Source: Geopsychrobacteraceae bacterium (lineage in GTDB: Bacteria; Desulfobacterota; Desulfuromonadia; Desulfuromonadales; Geopsychrobacteraceae). From it: a stretch of 64,000 nt of DNA. The translations under genes were made by a program, and so were the position numbers. Below the pieces are notes generated by a model. It ran no database searches, was not told where the DNA came from, and was given only the letters and a program-made list of their open reading frames with translations. The stretch is taken from NCBI GenBank assembly GCA_963662315.1, contig OY759353.1:80306-144305 (forward strand), in the 5' to 3' direction. Below are positions 39,687 through 51,732 of the stretch, piece by piece; positions within the stretch are counted from its first letter, which is position 1; every line of letters starts with the position of its first letter.

Positions 39687-42086
39687 ATGACAAAAGAAGA
39701 CAAGATTAAGTTGCTGCGTGGCAGAGCAAACTTTTTCGGCTATGAAGCAAGTTCAAACGGGCGAGGACAGTTGGCGGGCTGGTTGCTGCTTGCCGTCGCT
39801 GTGTTATTGACCTTAATTGTCGTGCCAAAGGGCGGCCTGATTCCGGATTATCATGAGCCGGGTGATATCGCTTCGCGCGATATCAAGTCGCCGCGTGATC
39901 TGTTGGTTGAAGATGTCCCTCTGACCAAAGCCAAGCGCGAAGAAGCCGCCAATGCTGTGCCGCTGGTTTATGATTATGACGTGACTGCCGGAAGGCAGGC
40001 GATTAAGCGTATCAAAGATGGTCTTACCCTTCTCTTGCAACGTCAGGAAAATCCTGATCCGGTCAATCTGACCGAGTTCTTGCCTCGGCTGGAATCGGAT
40101 TTTGGCGTACCTCTGACTCCTGAGGAATATCAACCGCTACTCAGTTTGCCCCTTGAGCAGGATCTTCCTGTAGCCGCGGGTGATCTGCTCCAGTCGGTGT
40201 TTGCTCATCCTGTGGTTGCCAATCTTCAGAACTTTCAGGAGCAACGGCAAAAAGGTTTGATGCTGTTTGACCGCAATGCCGGTACGGAATTATCCTCGCA
40301 AGTGCTCGATCGCGTGACCAGTCTTAATGACTCCCTGGCCGAAGCTCAGCGCCAACTGGCGTTGCTTGAGATCTCCGAAGCGCAACGGGCGATGTTGCTG
40401 AAAGTCGTGCAGCAGCAGTTGCGTCCAAATCTGGTCTATAACGCTGAAGCCACCGAACAGCGGCGTCAGGAAGCACGGGAACAGATTACCCCGGTTTTAT
40501 TTCAGATAAAAAAAGGGGAGATGATTGTTCGCGAAGGTGAACGTGTGACCGCTGATCAGATCATGAAATTGAAGGCGATTCGTGATTCCGGCCGCGATAA
40601 CCGAAATTTTCAGACGATTGCAGGGCTGTTTTTATCGACAATGCTGCTGCTGTTTGTGGTGAATCTGTTTGGTAAAACCAATATCAGTAAATATCGGCCT
40701 GATTCCCGCGATTTGCTGTTTCTGTCCATCGTTTTTATCTCCTTATTTATCCTGATAAAAATATCAATTTTTATTGCGGCGGGTATGGGCAATACCTTTG
40801 CCTATCTGGATTCTTCAGCCTATTTTTATGCAATTCCCTTTGCTGCCGGCGCCATGCTGGTGCGCATCGTTCTGAATTCGGAAACGGCGCTGCTATTTTC
40901 CTTATGTTTTACCCTCATGACCGGTGTTATCTTTGGCAATAGCCTGATGATGGTGCTGTTTGTTTTGACCGGCAGCCTGATCGGCGCGCATGGCGTTCGT
41001 CACTGTCAGCAGCGGACCACCTTGTATCGTGCCGGTTTGTGGATCGGCCTGACGAATATGGCCCTGGTTGTGGGAACCCATTTTTTGGCCGGGCACAGTT
41101 TTGAGTTGCTGCTGTTGTGGAAGATTGGGTTTGCTTTTCTCGGGGGGATGTTCAGTGCTGTTTTGGTCAATGGTACGATTCCTCTGGTAGAACTGTTATT
41201 CAAATATACGACCGATATCAAGCTGCTGGAACTTGCCAATATGAATTCGCCTATTTTGAGGCAGTTGATGATGGAAGCTCCCGGAACCTATCATCATTCC
41301 ATTCTGGTTGGGAACCTGGCAGAATCAGCCGCTGAAGCGATTAACGCAAACCCGTTACTGTCCAGGGTCGCTGCCTACTATCATGATATCGGGAAAATAA
41401 AAAAGCCGCTTTATTTTATTGAAAATTCTGGGGGACAGCGTAATAAGCATGACAAGCTGGCGCCCTCAATGAGTGCGTTGATCCTCACGTCTCACGTCAA
41501 GGATGGCGTTGAGCTGGCGCGGGAGCATAAGTTAGGATCAGAGTTGATCGATATCATCCAGCAGCACCACGGTACGACCCTGATCAAGTTTTTTTACGAC
41601 CGGGCCAAAAGTCAGTCGGACCCGGAAGTTCATCAGGTTTCTGAGCGGGATTACCGCTATCACGGGCCGAAGCCGCAAACACGGGAAGCTGCTCTGATTA
41701 TGCTTGCTGACGCGATTGAAGCGGCCAGTCGGACATTGACCGATCCGACCCCCGCACGAATTCAGGGGATGGTGCAGAAATTGATCAATAATATTTTTAT
41801 CGATGGTCAGCTCAATGAATGTGATCTGACCCTTAAGGATCTTAACCTGATTGCGAAAAGCTTCAATCGTGTATTGTCCAGTTCGTTTCACCACCGGGTT
41901 GACTATCCGGAGCCGGTGCATATCGTCCGGGAGAAAAACGAGAGTGCTGAAAAAACTCAGGTTAAAGAAAAAGCAAGGATTAAGAGTGCGAATTCAGATC
42001 GAAAACCAGCAGACCAGATACAAGATTCAGAAGCGCCTGCTACGGAAAGTAGCCCAGAAGATCTTAGACGTCTCGGGATTTCCTAA
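39687..42086 (+). CDS. 7TM-receptor HD/HDIG membrane phosphohydrolase (YqfF/PgpH-like)
   Basis: 799 aa with an N-terminal extracytoplasmic domain, a 7-TM block and a C-terminal HD domain (YHHSILVGNL...YYHDIGK...QQHHGT). Confidence 0.85.
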   Translation: MTKEDKIKLLRGRANFFGYEASSNGRGQLAGWLLLAVAVLLTLIVVPKGGLIPDYHEPGDIASRDIKSPRDLLVEDVPLTKAKREEAANAVPLVYDYDVTAGRQAIKRIKDGLTLLLQRQENPDPVNLTEFLPRLESDFGVPLTPEEYQPLLSLPLEQDLPVAAGDLLQSVFAHPVVANLQNFQEQRQKGLMLFDRNAGTELSSQVLDRVTSLNDSLAEAQRQLALLEISEAQRAMLLKVVQQQLRPNLVYNAEATEQRRQEAREQITPVLFQIKKGEMIVREGERVTADQIMKLKAIRDSGRDNRNFQTIAGLFLSTMLLLFVVNLFGKTNISKYRPDSRDLLFLSIVFISLFILIKISIFIAAGMGNTFAYLDSSAYFYAIPFAAGAMLVRIVLNSETALLFSLCFTLMTGVIFGNSLMMVLFVLTGSLIGAHGVRHCQQRTTLYRAGLWIGLTNMALVVGTHFLAGHSFELLLLWKIGFAFLGGMFSAVLVNGTIPLVELLFKYTTDIKLLELANMNSPILRQLMMEAPGTYHHSILVGNLAESAAEAINANPLLSRVAAYYHDIGKIKKPLYFIENSGGQRNKHDKLAPSMSALILTSHVKDGVELAREHKLGSELIDIIQQHHGTTLIKFFYDRAKSQSDPEVHQVSERDYRYHGPKPQTREAALIMLADAIEAASRTLTDPTPARIQGMVQKLINNIFIDGQLNECDLTLKDLNLIAKSFNRVLSSSFHHRVDYPEPVHIVREKNESAEKTQVKEKARIKSANSDRKPADQIQDSEAPATESSPEDLRRLGIS

Positions 42087-42441
42087 GGCCGAACTATCTA
42101 TTCTTATTGTGGATAATGATGGTATTCAGGATATTAACCGGGATTATCTGCAGCGTGACCGTCCGACAAATGTGATATCCTTTGCCATGCAGGAAGGGGA
42201 GGGGGGCGGAGTCAATCCGAATCTGCTGGGAGATGTTATTATCTCGGCTGAACGCACGGCATCAGATGCCGCCGAGGCCGGTATCTCTTTTGAGCATGAA
42301 CTCTGGTTTCTGCTGCTTCACGGCATTCTGCATCTGCTTGGTTACGACCATGAGCGAGGCAGTGTTGCTGATGCTGAGGAAATGGAAGCCCGGGAGCGAG
42401 AAATTTTTGCCATTGTCGAGGATACTTTTCCTCTGTCCTGA
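41986..42441 (+). CDS. ybeY: Endoribonuclease YbeY (rRNA maturation factor)
   Basis: GTG at 41986 after AAGGA. Conserved N-terminus RIQIENQQ..., PTNVISF, and the zinc motif HGILHLLGYDH. Confidence 0.85.
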   Translation: MRIQIENQQTRYKIQKRLLRKVAQKILDVSGFPKAELSILIVDNDGIQDINRDYLQRDRPTNVISFAMQEGEGGGVNPNLLGDVIISAERTASDAAEAGISFEHELWFLLLHGILHLLGYDHERGSVADAEEMEAREREIFAIVEDTFPLS

Positions 42442-42479
42442 TACCCCGTACTTAACAACAACAGGAGATTTACATAACC

Positions 42480-43340
42480 GTGGATACGGAACACTCGCAG
42501 GAGCCTGCCGGTTGGCTGACACGCTTATCGCGTCGTTTGGTGCAGCGCCCGCAGGCTCATACTGAAGAAGATCTTCACGAGTTTATTGATGCCTCAGAAC
42601 AGCAAGGGATCATTGATGAGGAAGAGGGGGACATGCTCCAGTCTATTCTGGAGTTGGATGAAACGATTCTGCGGGAAATTATGGTTCCCCGAACGGATAT
42701 TGTCTGTATTGATGCTGACGCACCACTCAACCATGCATTAACCGCAATCCTTGAATCCGGGCATTCCCGCATTCCGGTCTATAAGGGGAATATCGATAAT
42801 ATTATCGGACTGGTCTATGCCAAAGACCTGCTGCGTTTTTGGGGGCGGCCAATTGATGATATTGCCCTCTCTGAGGTCCTGCGCCCTCCCTATCTGGTTC
42901 CTGAATCCAAACTCGTCAGTGATTTGCTCAGAGAATTTCGCGAAACGCGTGTTCATATTGCTATTGTTATCGATGAATATGGCGGAACCTCTGGGTTGAT
43001 CACTATTGAGGATCTTATCGAGGAGATTGTCGGCGATATCCAGGATGAATACGACATCGAGGAAGACTGGCTGGTTGAGGACGCCGACGGATCTGTCGTT
43101 GTTGATGGGCGCCTGGGGATTGAAGAGTTTGAAGAACACTTTGATATTGAGGTGGCTCGGGAAAAGTTTGATACCGTCGGGGGGTATATTGTTGAGCAGT
43201 ATGGTCGGGTTCCCGCAACTGGAGAACGCATTCGGGTCGGGGTTTTTGATATGCGGATAGAGCAGGGGAATGAACGTGCCGTGCGAAAGATCCGTATTTT
43301 CCCGCTTCAGGTACATGACCCCGCCAGCGATGAATCTTAG
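42480..43340 (+). CDS. corC: CBS-pair/CorC_HlyC domain protein (CorC/YbeX family)
   Basis: GTG start. REIMVPRTDI..., HSRIPVY, AIVIDEYGGTSGLITIEDLIEEIVGDIQDE, and a C-terminal transporter-associated domain. Confidence 0.85.
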   Translation: MDTEHSQEPAGWLTRLSRRLVQRPQAHTEEDLHEFIDASEQQGIIDEEEGDMLQSILELDETILREIMVPRTDIVCIDADAPLNHALTAILESGHSRIPVYKGNIDNIIGLVYAKDLLRFWGRPIDDIALSEVLRPPYLVPESKLVSDLLREFRETRVHIAIVIDEYGGTSGLITIEDLIEEIVGDIQDEYDIEEDWLVEDADGSVVVDGRLGIEEFEEHFDIEVAREKFDTVGGYIVEQYGRVPATGERIRVGVFDMRIEQGNERAVRKIRIFPLQVHDPASDES

Positions 43341-44853
43341 AATGCCGAACATTGATAAGGCCATTCTCTGGTCAGCCCTTTCCGGGGTGCTGCTGGGGCT
43401 GGCCTTTCCTCTTTTTGATTGCCCTCTCCTTGCCTGGGTGGCACTGGTTCCATTGCTTCTGGTTGCCGAGCAGCGCCCCTTTGCCTCGGGTTTTACTTGC
43501 GGATTTACCTTTTTCGCCAGTGTACTCTACTGGCTGAATATCGTTATGACCACTTATGGCGGTCTGGCTGCCGTCTATTCTGTAATTGCCTATATTTTCC
43601 TGATTGCCTATCTCTCATTGTACTTCGGTTCTGTTACCTTGCTGGCCTGTCGCGGCCAGCGGTTGCTAAACATCCCTGCTTTGGTCATGGTGCCGTTTTT
43701 CTGGGTTGGCGCGGAATATTTACGTGGTGTTGTGCTAACCGGATTCCCCTGGGCGCTGCTGGGATATTCGCAGGCAGGCTTCCCTCAGGCGATCCAGAGC
43801 GCAGATGTAACTGGGGTTTATGGCGTCTCTTTTCTGTTGGTTGCCGTTAATTGTGCTTTGGCAGGAGTGCTAAAAGCCCCTTGTAGCAAAATGGCCTGGC
43901 TTGGTGGAGTTGCTGTCACTCTCATGTCGATCAGCCATATTGGCTACGGAATCTATCGTCTGAGCGAAGATCTGGATACCAGAACCAAACAGCTTGATGT
44001 GGCTCTGATTCAGGGGAATATCGATCAGCATCAGAAGTGGGACCCCGCATTTCGTGCCGCCAATGTGGATAAATATATCTCTCTTTCTCACCGTGGGGCT
44101 GAGCACAGACCCGATCTGATTGTCTGGCCCGAAGCAGCGACCCCCTTTTATCTTCAGGACAACAGTCGGCTTGCCGCGCAGGTGCGGAAATTACCTCAAC
44201 AGACGGGCGCTTTTTATCTGATTGGCAGCCCGGCTTATGAAGGCTCTTCGGCTGAAACTCTCCGATATTTCAATAGCGCCTATCTCCTGAACCGTGATGG
44301 TAAGATTGCCGGACGCTCAGACAAGATTCACCTTGTCCCGTTCGGTGAATATGTGCCGTTGGCCGGATTACTGTCTTTTATTGATAAACTGGTGGTGGGG
44401 GTTGGTGATTTTTCGTCCGGTCATGTCAGATCTTTGCCGGTTGCGGGGCAATATCTTGGGGTGTTGATCTGTTACGAAGTTATCTTTCCTGAGTTGGCCC
44501 GTGCCTATGTCGCCGGGGGGAGCGGTCTGCTGGTCAATCTGACCAATGATGCCTGGTTTGGCCGTTCTGCGGCTCCCTATCAACATCTTGCTATGGCGCG
44601 CTTTCGCGCTATAGAAAACCGCGTCTGGCTGGCGCGGGCCGCCAATACCGGAATCTCCGCCTTTATATCTCCTTCTGGGCACGTGGTCCAGGCCAGCTCT
44701 TTGTTTACCGACAGTGTGCTCAACGGGACCGTCGGGATGGGGGCCGGTTCTTCCTTCTATACCCGTTTCGGTGATGTTTTTGCCTGGGGCTGCCTTGCGG
44801 TTACATTGGTTTTCGGGCTGGCGATGCTATGGCGTTGTCGTTCGGTGAAATAA
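43330..44853 (+). CDS. lnt: Apolipoprotein N-acyltransferase
   Basis: Multi-TM N-terminus plus a nitrilase-like domain (VWPE, LICYE, NDAWFG). The start is ATG at 43330 or 43342. Confidence 0.9.
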   Translation: MNLRMPNIDKAILWSALSGVLLGLAFPLFDCPLLAWVALVPLLLVAEQRPFASGFTCGFTFFASVLYWLNIVMTTYGGLAAVYSVIAYIFLIAYLSLYFGSVTLLACRGQRLLNIPALVMVPFFWVGAEYLRGVVLTGFPWALLGYSQAGFPQAIQSADVTGVYGVSFLLVAVNCALAGVLKAPCSKMAWLGGVAVTLMSISHIGYGIYRLSEDLDTRTKQLDVALIQGNIDQHQKWDPAFRAANVDKYISLSHRGAEHRPDLIVWPEAATPFYLQDNSRLAAQVRKLPQQTGAFYLIGSPAYEGSSAETLRYFNSAYLLNRDGKIAGRSDKIHLVPFGEYVPLAGLLSFIDKLVVGVGDFSSGHVRSLPVAGQYLGVLICYEVIFPELARAYVAGGSGLLVNLTNDAWFGRSAAPYQHLAMARFRAIENRVWLARAANTGISAFISPSGHVVQASSLFTDSVLNGTVGMGAGSSFYTRFGDVFAWGCLAVTLVFGLAMLWRCRSVK

Positions 44854-44937
44854 GCTGTCCTTGCTGCATTTTTTTCGACTTCTGATCTATACTGTTTGTA
44901 GTCTTTAATATTTGTCTCGCCTTATGAGTGAACAGGT

Positions 44938-46710
44938 GTGTTGGTGGGTAAAGATGTTCTGAAAATAAGAACTGCCGGTTTGCTTTTAACCGGCCTGGTC
45001 TTGGTGGGAACCCGTAGCTGGGCTTCTGATTCTGCCGTTTTTGTCAGTTGGTGGAACATGGGGATGGCGGTTGGTGGTGGGCTGGCATTATTTTTACTTG
45101 GAATGGGGTATCTGACCGATGCGCTTAAGGCTGCTGCCGGAAGGCAACTGCAGCTCATTCTGACGCGCTTGACAGCCAATCGCTTTATGGGGGCTCTGGT
45201 CGGGGCTGTGTCGACTGGTGTCATTCAATCATCTTCTATTACCACTGTTTTGGTCGTCGGCTTTGTCAGTGCGCAGTTGATGACTCTAAATCAGGCCATT
45301 GGTGTAATTATGGGGGCCAATATCGGCTCCACAGTTACGGCCCAGATTATTGCTTTTAAGGTGACCCATCTGGCCTTGGGATTTGTTGCTTGCGGTTATC
45401 TTGTTGTGCAACTGTGTCGGCGCGACGATGTTAAAAGCTTTGGCGGGATTTTGCTCGGGCTGGGGATGATCTTTCTGGGCATGAACGTCATGAGTGACGC
45501 GATGGCTCCGTTACGCGACTTTCAGCCGTTTATTCGGCTGATGGCAGAGGTGCGAAATCCGTTATGGGGATTGCTGATTGGTGCAGTTTTGACCGCCCTG
45601 ATCCAATCGTCTGCAGCAACCACGGGTATTGTTATTATGTTGGCCAGCCAGGGTGTTATGCCGCTGATTACCGGAGTAACGATCGCTTTGGGAGCGAATA
45701 TAGGCACCTGTGTTACCGCGCTTCTGGCGACCATCGGGCGGCCACGGGTGGCATTGCGGGCTGCAGCCGTTCATGTTGTCTTCAATCTTATTGGTGTTGC
45801 TCTTTGGGTTCCGTTCATCAGTGAGCTTGCCGACCTGGCTGCTGTCGTTTCTCCTGCTTACCCAGAGCTCAGCGGCGCCGCTAAACTGGCTGCTGCTGCT
45901 CCGCGGCAGATCGCTAACGCCAATACCTTGTTCAATGTCATCAATACGGCACTTTTTATCGGCTTCACTCCTTTGCTGGAGCGTTTGGTGCTATGGTTGG
46001 TTCCTCCGGCGGCAAAGACAGCTCAACAGCCTTGGGCTCCTCAGTTTCTGGAACCGCAGTTGTTGGATACTCCTTCTGCTGCTCTGGGAATGGTGCGCCT
46101 GGAACTCGGTCGTCTCGGGGAACAGGTTTTACTGATTATGCTCAAGGTGAAACCTCTGCTCGAAACACCAGATCCGCGGGCGTTTCATGCCGTAAGAAGG
46201 GATGATGATGCTGTTGACGCTCTGTATACCGCTATCATGCAGTATTTGAACGCCATTGGTAAGCGAGAGCTGAGTGATGCGGAAATCAGAGAATACTACC
46301 AATTATTGCAGGTCGTGGAATTGCTTGAAGGGATAGGCGATATCTTTGAGGGGGAGATCGCCAAGCTCGGAACTCGTATGGCTGAACAACAGTTATTACC
46401 CAGTGCGGCGATGCGGGAATTGCTCGAAATGCTTTATGGGCGGGTATATTCGGCTGTTAAAATGGCCACCCGGGCCGCTGTCGACAATGACGGTGGAGTA
46501 GCACGTCAGGTGTTGGCCATGCGTGATCAGATCGAATCTGCCGCGAATAAAACTTTTCGGCATCAGGCTTCAAGTCTGGCAAAAAGTCCGGCTGAACGCT
46601 TGGTTCTTTTGCAGGTAGAATTTGAACTCGCAGACCAGCTGAAGCGTATTTATTCGGTGTGTAAACGGATTGCTCGGTTGTTCTGTGACAGCGATAAATC
46701 TGACGCTTGA
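44938..46710 (+). CDS. Na+/phosphate cotransporter family protein with C-terminal PhoU-like domain
   Basis: Duplicated QSSSITTVLVVG / QSSAATTGIVIMLA motifs typical of Na/Pi-cotransporter II-related proteins. Helical C-terminal region. Confidence 0.8.
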   Translation: MLVGKDVLKIRTAGLLLTGLVLVGTRSWASDSAVFVSWWNMGMAVGGGLALFLLGMGYLTDALKAAAGRQLQLILTRLTANRFMGALVGAVSTGVIQSSSITTVLVVGFVSAQLMTLNQAIGVIMGANIGSTVTAQIIAFKVTHLALGFVACGYLVVQLCRRDDVKSFGGILLGLGMIFLGMNVMSDAMAPLRDFQPFIRLMAEVRNPLWGLLIGAVLTALIQSSAATTGIVIMLASQGVMPLITGVTIALGANIGTCVTALLATIGRPRVALRAAAVHVVFNLIGVALWVPFISELADLAAVVSPAYPELSGAAKLAAAAPRQIANANTLFNVINTALFIGFTPLLERLVLWLVPPAAKTAQQPWAPQFLEPQLLDTPSAALGMVRLELGRLGEQVLLIMLKVKPLLETPDPRAFHAVRRDDDAVDALYTAIMQYLNAIGKRELSDAEIREYYQLLQVVELLEGIGDIFEGEIAKLGTRMAEQQLLPSAAMRELLEMLYGRVYSAVKMATRAAVDNDGGVARQVLAMRDQIESAANKTFRHQASSLAKSPAERLVLLQVEFELADQLKRIYSVCKRIARLFCDSDKSDA

Positions 46711-46857
46711 CAGCCGGTGGCTGGAGGTTGGTCTGAAAATGAAACAGCTTCCGAGCCGTGTTTGCTGCGGGAACGATTTTAAATATCCAATTGAGCGTTG
46801 ACAACCGGACCGATTCGCGCAAATATCTGCTCTTTGTGCGCGATGAAAGGGTAACCT

Positions 46858-47616
46858 ATGGCAAAAGCAACAGCGATTATTCCGGCACGTTTTGCATCAA
46901 CACGATTCCCAGGTAAACCTCTGGCCCTGCTTGCCGGTAAGCCGATGATTCAGCATGTCTGTGAACGGGTCTCCCGGGCTGAAGGTATCGGGCAGGTGAT
47001 TGTTGCTACTGATGACCAACGTATTTTTGACGTGGTTGCTGGGTTTGGTGGTGAAGCCTTCATGACCCGGGATGATCACCCTACTGGAACGGACCGCCTG
47101 GCCGAAGTTGCTTCCCGGATCGACGCCGATCTGATTGTCAATGTGCAGGGGGATGAGCCTCTGGTCGACCCGCGGATGGTTGATGAAGCTGTTGCACCCT
47201 TGTTGGCCGATGCCTCGATTCAGATGGGGACCGTTGCTGCAAAAATAGATGCTATCAATGATTTTTATAATCCGAACGTTGTCAAGGTGGTTCGGGATCT
47301 GAATAATTTTGCCTTGTATTTTTCCCGGGCGCCTATTCCATGGCCACGCGATCTGGACCGGAACCAGTTGTTCGAATCTCTGCCCTCCAGCCAGTATTTG
47401 CGCCACATCGGTCTGTATGTTTATCGGCGCCAATTGTTGCTCGATTATCCAACCTGGCCCAAAACGCCCCTTGAGTCGCTTGAGAACCTTGAGCAGTTGC
47501 GGGCTCTTGAGCGTGGCATCCGATTGTATGTTGCGGAAACAGGCTTCAGCTGTCACGGGGTTGATACGCCAGAGGATCTGGTGCGCGTCGAACGTCTGCT
47601 GGAAGAATGGAAATAG
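46858..47616 (+). CDS. kdsB: 3-deoxy-manno-octulosonate cytidylyltransferase
   Basis: AIIPARFASTRFPGKPLA...TDDQRI...HPTGTDRLAEV...NVQGDEPL match KdsB. Confidence 0.93.
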   Translation: MAKATAIIPARFASTRFPGKPLALLAGKPMIQHVCERVSRAEGIGQVIVATDDQRIFDVVAGFGGEAFMTRDDHPTGTDRLAEVASRIDADLIVNVQGDEPLVDPRMVDEAVAPLLADASIQMGTVAAKIDAINDFYNPNVVKVVRDLNNFALYFSRAPIPWPRDLDRNQLFESLPSSQYLRHIGLYVYRRQLLLDYPTWPKTPLESLENLEQLRALERGIRLYVAETGFSCHGVDTPEDLVRVERLLEEWK

Positions 47617-47769
47617 TATTAATTAAGAGCTGTTGCACGTATTTGTTCAGGGTGGACAGTTTTTTGCATTCAGGGTTTTCATCCCTGATGAATACGTGTA
47701 GAATCAGCCTTTAAATTGTGAACAGTAGTGTTGAAATATAATCATTCAGTCAGGAACGGAAATAAGTAG

Positions 47770-49376
<1,607 letters not shown>

Positions 49377-49377
<1 letters not shown>

Positions 49378-50201
49378 TGAAGCAGGTAAATGTCGGACCT
49401 GTTACTTTTGGTGGCTCTAAACAGTTGGTCCTGATTGCTGGACCTTGTGCTATTGAGAGTGAAGCGCTGGTTATGCGCACCGCCGAAGCACTGAAAGAAA
49501 TCACCAGTGCGGTTGGCTGTGAACTGGTTTTTAAATCTTCTTATGATAAAGCCAACCGTACCTCTGTCACGTCTTTCCGTGGCCCCGGAATTGATGAGGG
49601 GCTGCGTATTCTGCAACGCGTCAAGGACGAGTTTAACTTGCCGGTTATTTCTGATGTTCATGACATCTCACAGATTAAACCCGCTGCTGAGGTTCTGGAT
49701 ATTATACAGATTCCTGCGTTTTTATCTCGTCAGACAGATCTTCTGGTTGCTGCTGGCGAGAGCGGCAAAACGATTAATGTCAAAAAGGGGCAGTTTCTTG
49801 CTCCTTGGGATATTCAGCATGGCATTGGTAAGCTTGAAAGTACCGGTAATGAGAATATCCTGTTGACAGAGCGCGGTGTTTCCTTTGGCTATAACAACCT
49901 GGTGACTGATATGCGCGCCCTGGTGATTATGCGTGAGATGGGATATCCGGTTATTTTTGATGCAACCCACTCGGTGCAATTACCTGGTGGCGCCGGCGGT
50001 TCTTCAGCCGGTCAGCGCCAGTATGTAGGGGCCTTGTCTCGTGCTGCCGCAGCAACCGGTATTGATGGCCTGTTCTGGGAAGTTCACGAAGATCCTGAGC
50101 ATGCACTGTGTGATGGCCCGAATTCATTGCCGCTCGGCCAGGTCAGGGCCATGCTTGAGCAAATTCTGGCCTTTGATGCTATTTTCAAACAGTCAGCGTG
50201 A
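49377..50201 (+). CDS. kdsA: 2-dehydro-3-deoxyphosphooctonate aldolase (KDO8P synthase)
   Basis: ATGA overlap with pyrG. AGPCAIES...FKSSYDKANRTS...IQIPAFLSRQTDL...FDATHSVQLPG match KdsA. Confidence 0.95.
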
Positions 50202-50212
50202 GGTTTCATTTC

Positions 50213-51175
50213 ATGATAGATACCGCAAAAAAGGTACTTCAGATTGAAGCTGACGCAGTGTTGGCGCTTCAGGACCGCATTGATGAAAAGTTTGAAAAAG
50301 CCGTTCAGATAATTCTCCAGTGTCGTGGCAAAGTTGTTGTGACCGGCATGGGTAAGTCCGGACTGATCTGCCAGAAAATCGCAGCGACGATGGCTTCAAC
50401 CGGGACCCCGACGTTTTTCCTGCATCCTGCCGAAGGGATTCATGGTGATCTTGGCATGCTGTCCAAGGGGGATGTGGTCATCGCTGTTTCTTATTCCGGG
50501 GAAACTGAAGAGGTCTGCCGGATTTTGCCGGTTATCAAACGCATGGGATTGCCGTTGATTACCATGTCGGGCAATCCGAAGAGTACCTTGGGTGTTGCCG
50601 GCGATGTGCATTTGAACGTTCACGTTGAGGAAGAGGCTTGCCCTCTGGGATTGGCGCCAACAGCGAGTACTACTGCAACCCTGGCTATGGGGGATGCTGT
50701 TGCGGTTGCCTTGCTTGACCAACGTGGTTTTAAGGCTGAAGATTTTGCCATGTTTCATCCTGGAGGATCCCTTGGCAAAAAGTTGCTGCTACGAGTCGAG
50801 GATCTGATGCATGGTGCGGATGAAATTCCTCTGGTTTCGGAGGCGACTCTGGTTCGGGAAGCACTTTTTGAAATCACCAGTAAGCAGCTGGGGGTTACTG
50901 GTGTTGTCGATGCTCAGGGTGGTTTAAGCGGCGTATTTACCGACGGGGATTTGCGGCGTTTGATGGAACAGGGGCTCAGCAGTCTGGAGCTGCCGATCAG
51001 TAAGGTTATGTCCCGTTCACCAAAACGGATTTTGCAGCGTAATCTGGCCGCCAAGGCGGTTCAGGTCATGGAGTCTCATTCGATTACTTCTCTGTTTGTA
51101 TTTGCAGATGAAGACCAGGTCGTTCCGGTTGGAATCATCCACTTGCACGATCTGTTGAAGTCGGGAGTTGTCTGA
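50213..51175 (+). CDS. kdsD: Arabinose-5-phosphate isomerase (SIS + CBS pair)
   Basis: ATG at 50213. VVVTGMGKSGLI, SYSGETEE, and C-terminal CBS domains. Confidence 0.9.
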   Translation: MIDTAKKVLQIEADAVLALQDRIDEKFEKAVQIILQCRGKVVVTGMGKSGLICQKIAATMASTGTPTFFLHPAEGIHGDLGMLSKGDVVIAVSYSGETEEVCRILPVIKRMGLPLITMSGNPKSTLGVAGDVHLNVHVEEEACPLGLAPTASTTATLAMGDAVAVALLDQRGFKAEDFAMFHPGGSLGKKLLLRVEDLMHGADEIPLVSEATLVREALFEITSKQLGVTGVVDAQGGLSGVFTDGDLRRLMEQGLSSLELPISKVMSRSPKRILQRNLAAKAVQVMESHSITSLFVFADEDQVVPVGIIHLHDLLKSGVV

Positions 51176-51693
51176 TGGATAAGAAGCTGGCGGCCATTAA
51201 AATGCTGTTGCTCGATGTTGACGGGGTGCTGACCGATGGGCGGATCATCTATGACAACGAGGGCAACGAGATGAAGGCTTTTGACGTCAAGGACGGTCAT
51301 GGCCTGAAAATGCTTCAGAGGGCTGGGATTAAGGTCGGTGTTATCACCGGGCGTTCCTCTGCGGTGGTTCAACGCCGTGCCGAGGAGCTTGGTTTCGATG
51401 CTCTGTTCCAGGGGGCTTTGACCAAGCTTGAGCCATATGGACAGGTTTTGCAGGAATTTGGTCTGGCTGATCACGAGGTCGCTTATGTCGGCGATGACCT
51501 GGTTGATCTGCCGATCCTGCGGCGGGTAGGTTTCAGCGCGACTGTTGCTGATGCTGTCCCTGATCTATTGCCGCTGGTTGATTATGTCTGTAAGCGTCCG
51601 GGCGGGCGTGGCGCGGTTAGGGAAATCTGCGACCTGCTGCTGCGGGCTCAGCAACAGTGGGATGCTTTGACACAGCGCTATTTCGTCGATTGA
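51175..51693 (+). CDS. kdsC: KDO 8-phosphate phosphatase (HAD family)
   Basis: LLLDVDGVLTDGRIIY...KAFDVKDGHGLK...VGDDLVDLP match KdsC. Confidence 0.85.
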   Translation: MDKKLAAIKMLLLDVDGVLTDGRIIYDNEGNEMKAFDVKDGHGLKMLQRAGIKVGVITGRSSAVVQRRAEELGFDALFQGALTKLEPYGQVLQEFGLADHEVAYVGDDLVDLPILRRVGFSATVADAVPDLLPLVDYVCKRPGGRGAVREICDLLLRAQQQWDALTQRYFVD

Positions 51694-51732
51694 CGTGTAT
51701 ATCTGTTGTTTTAAGGCCGGGAGCCCGTACCG

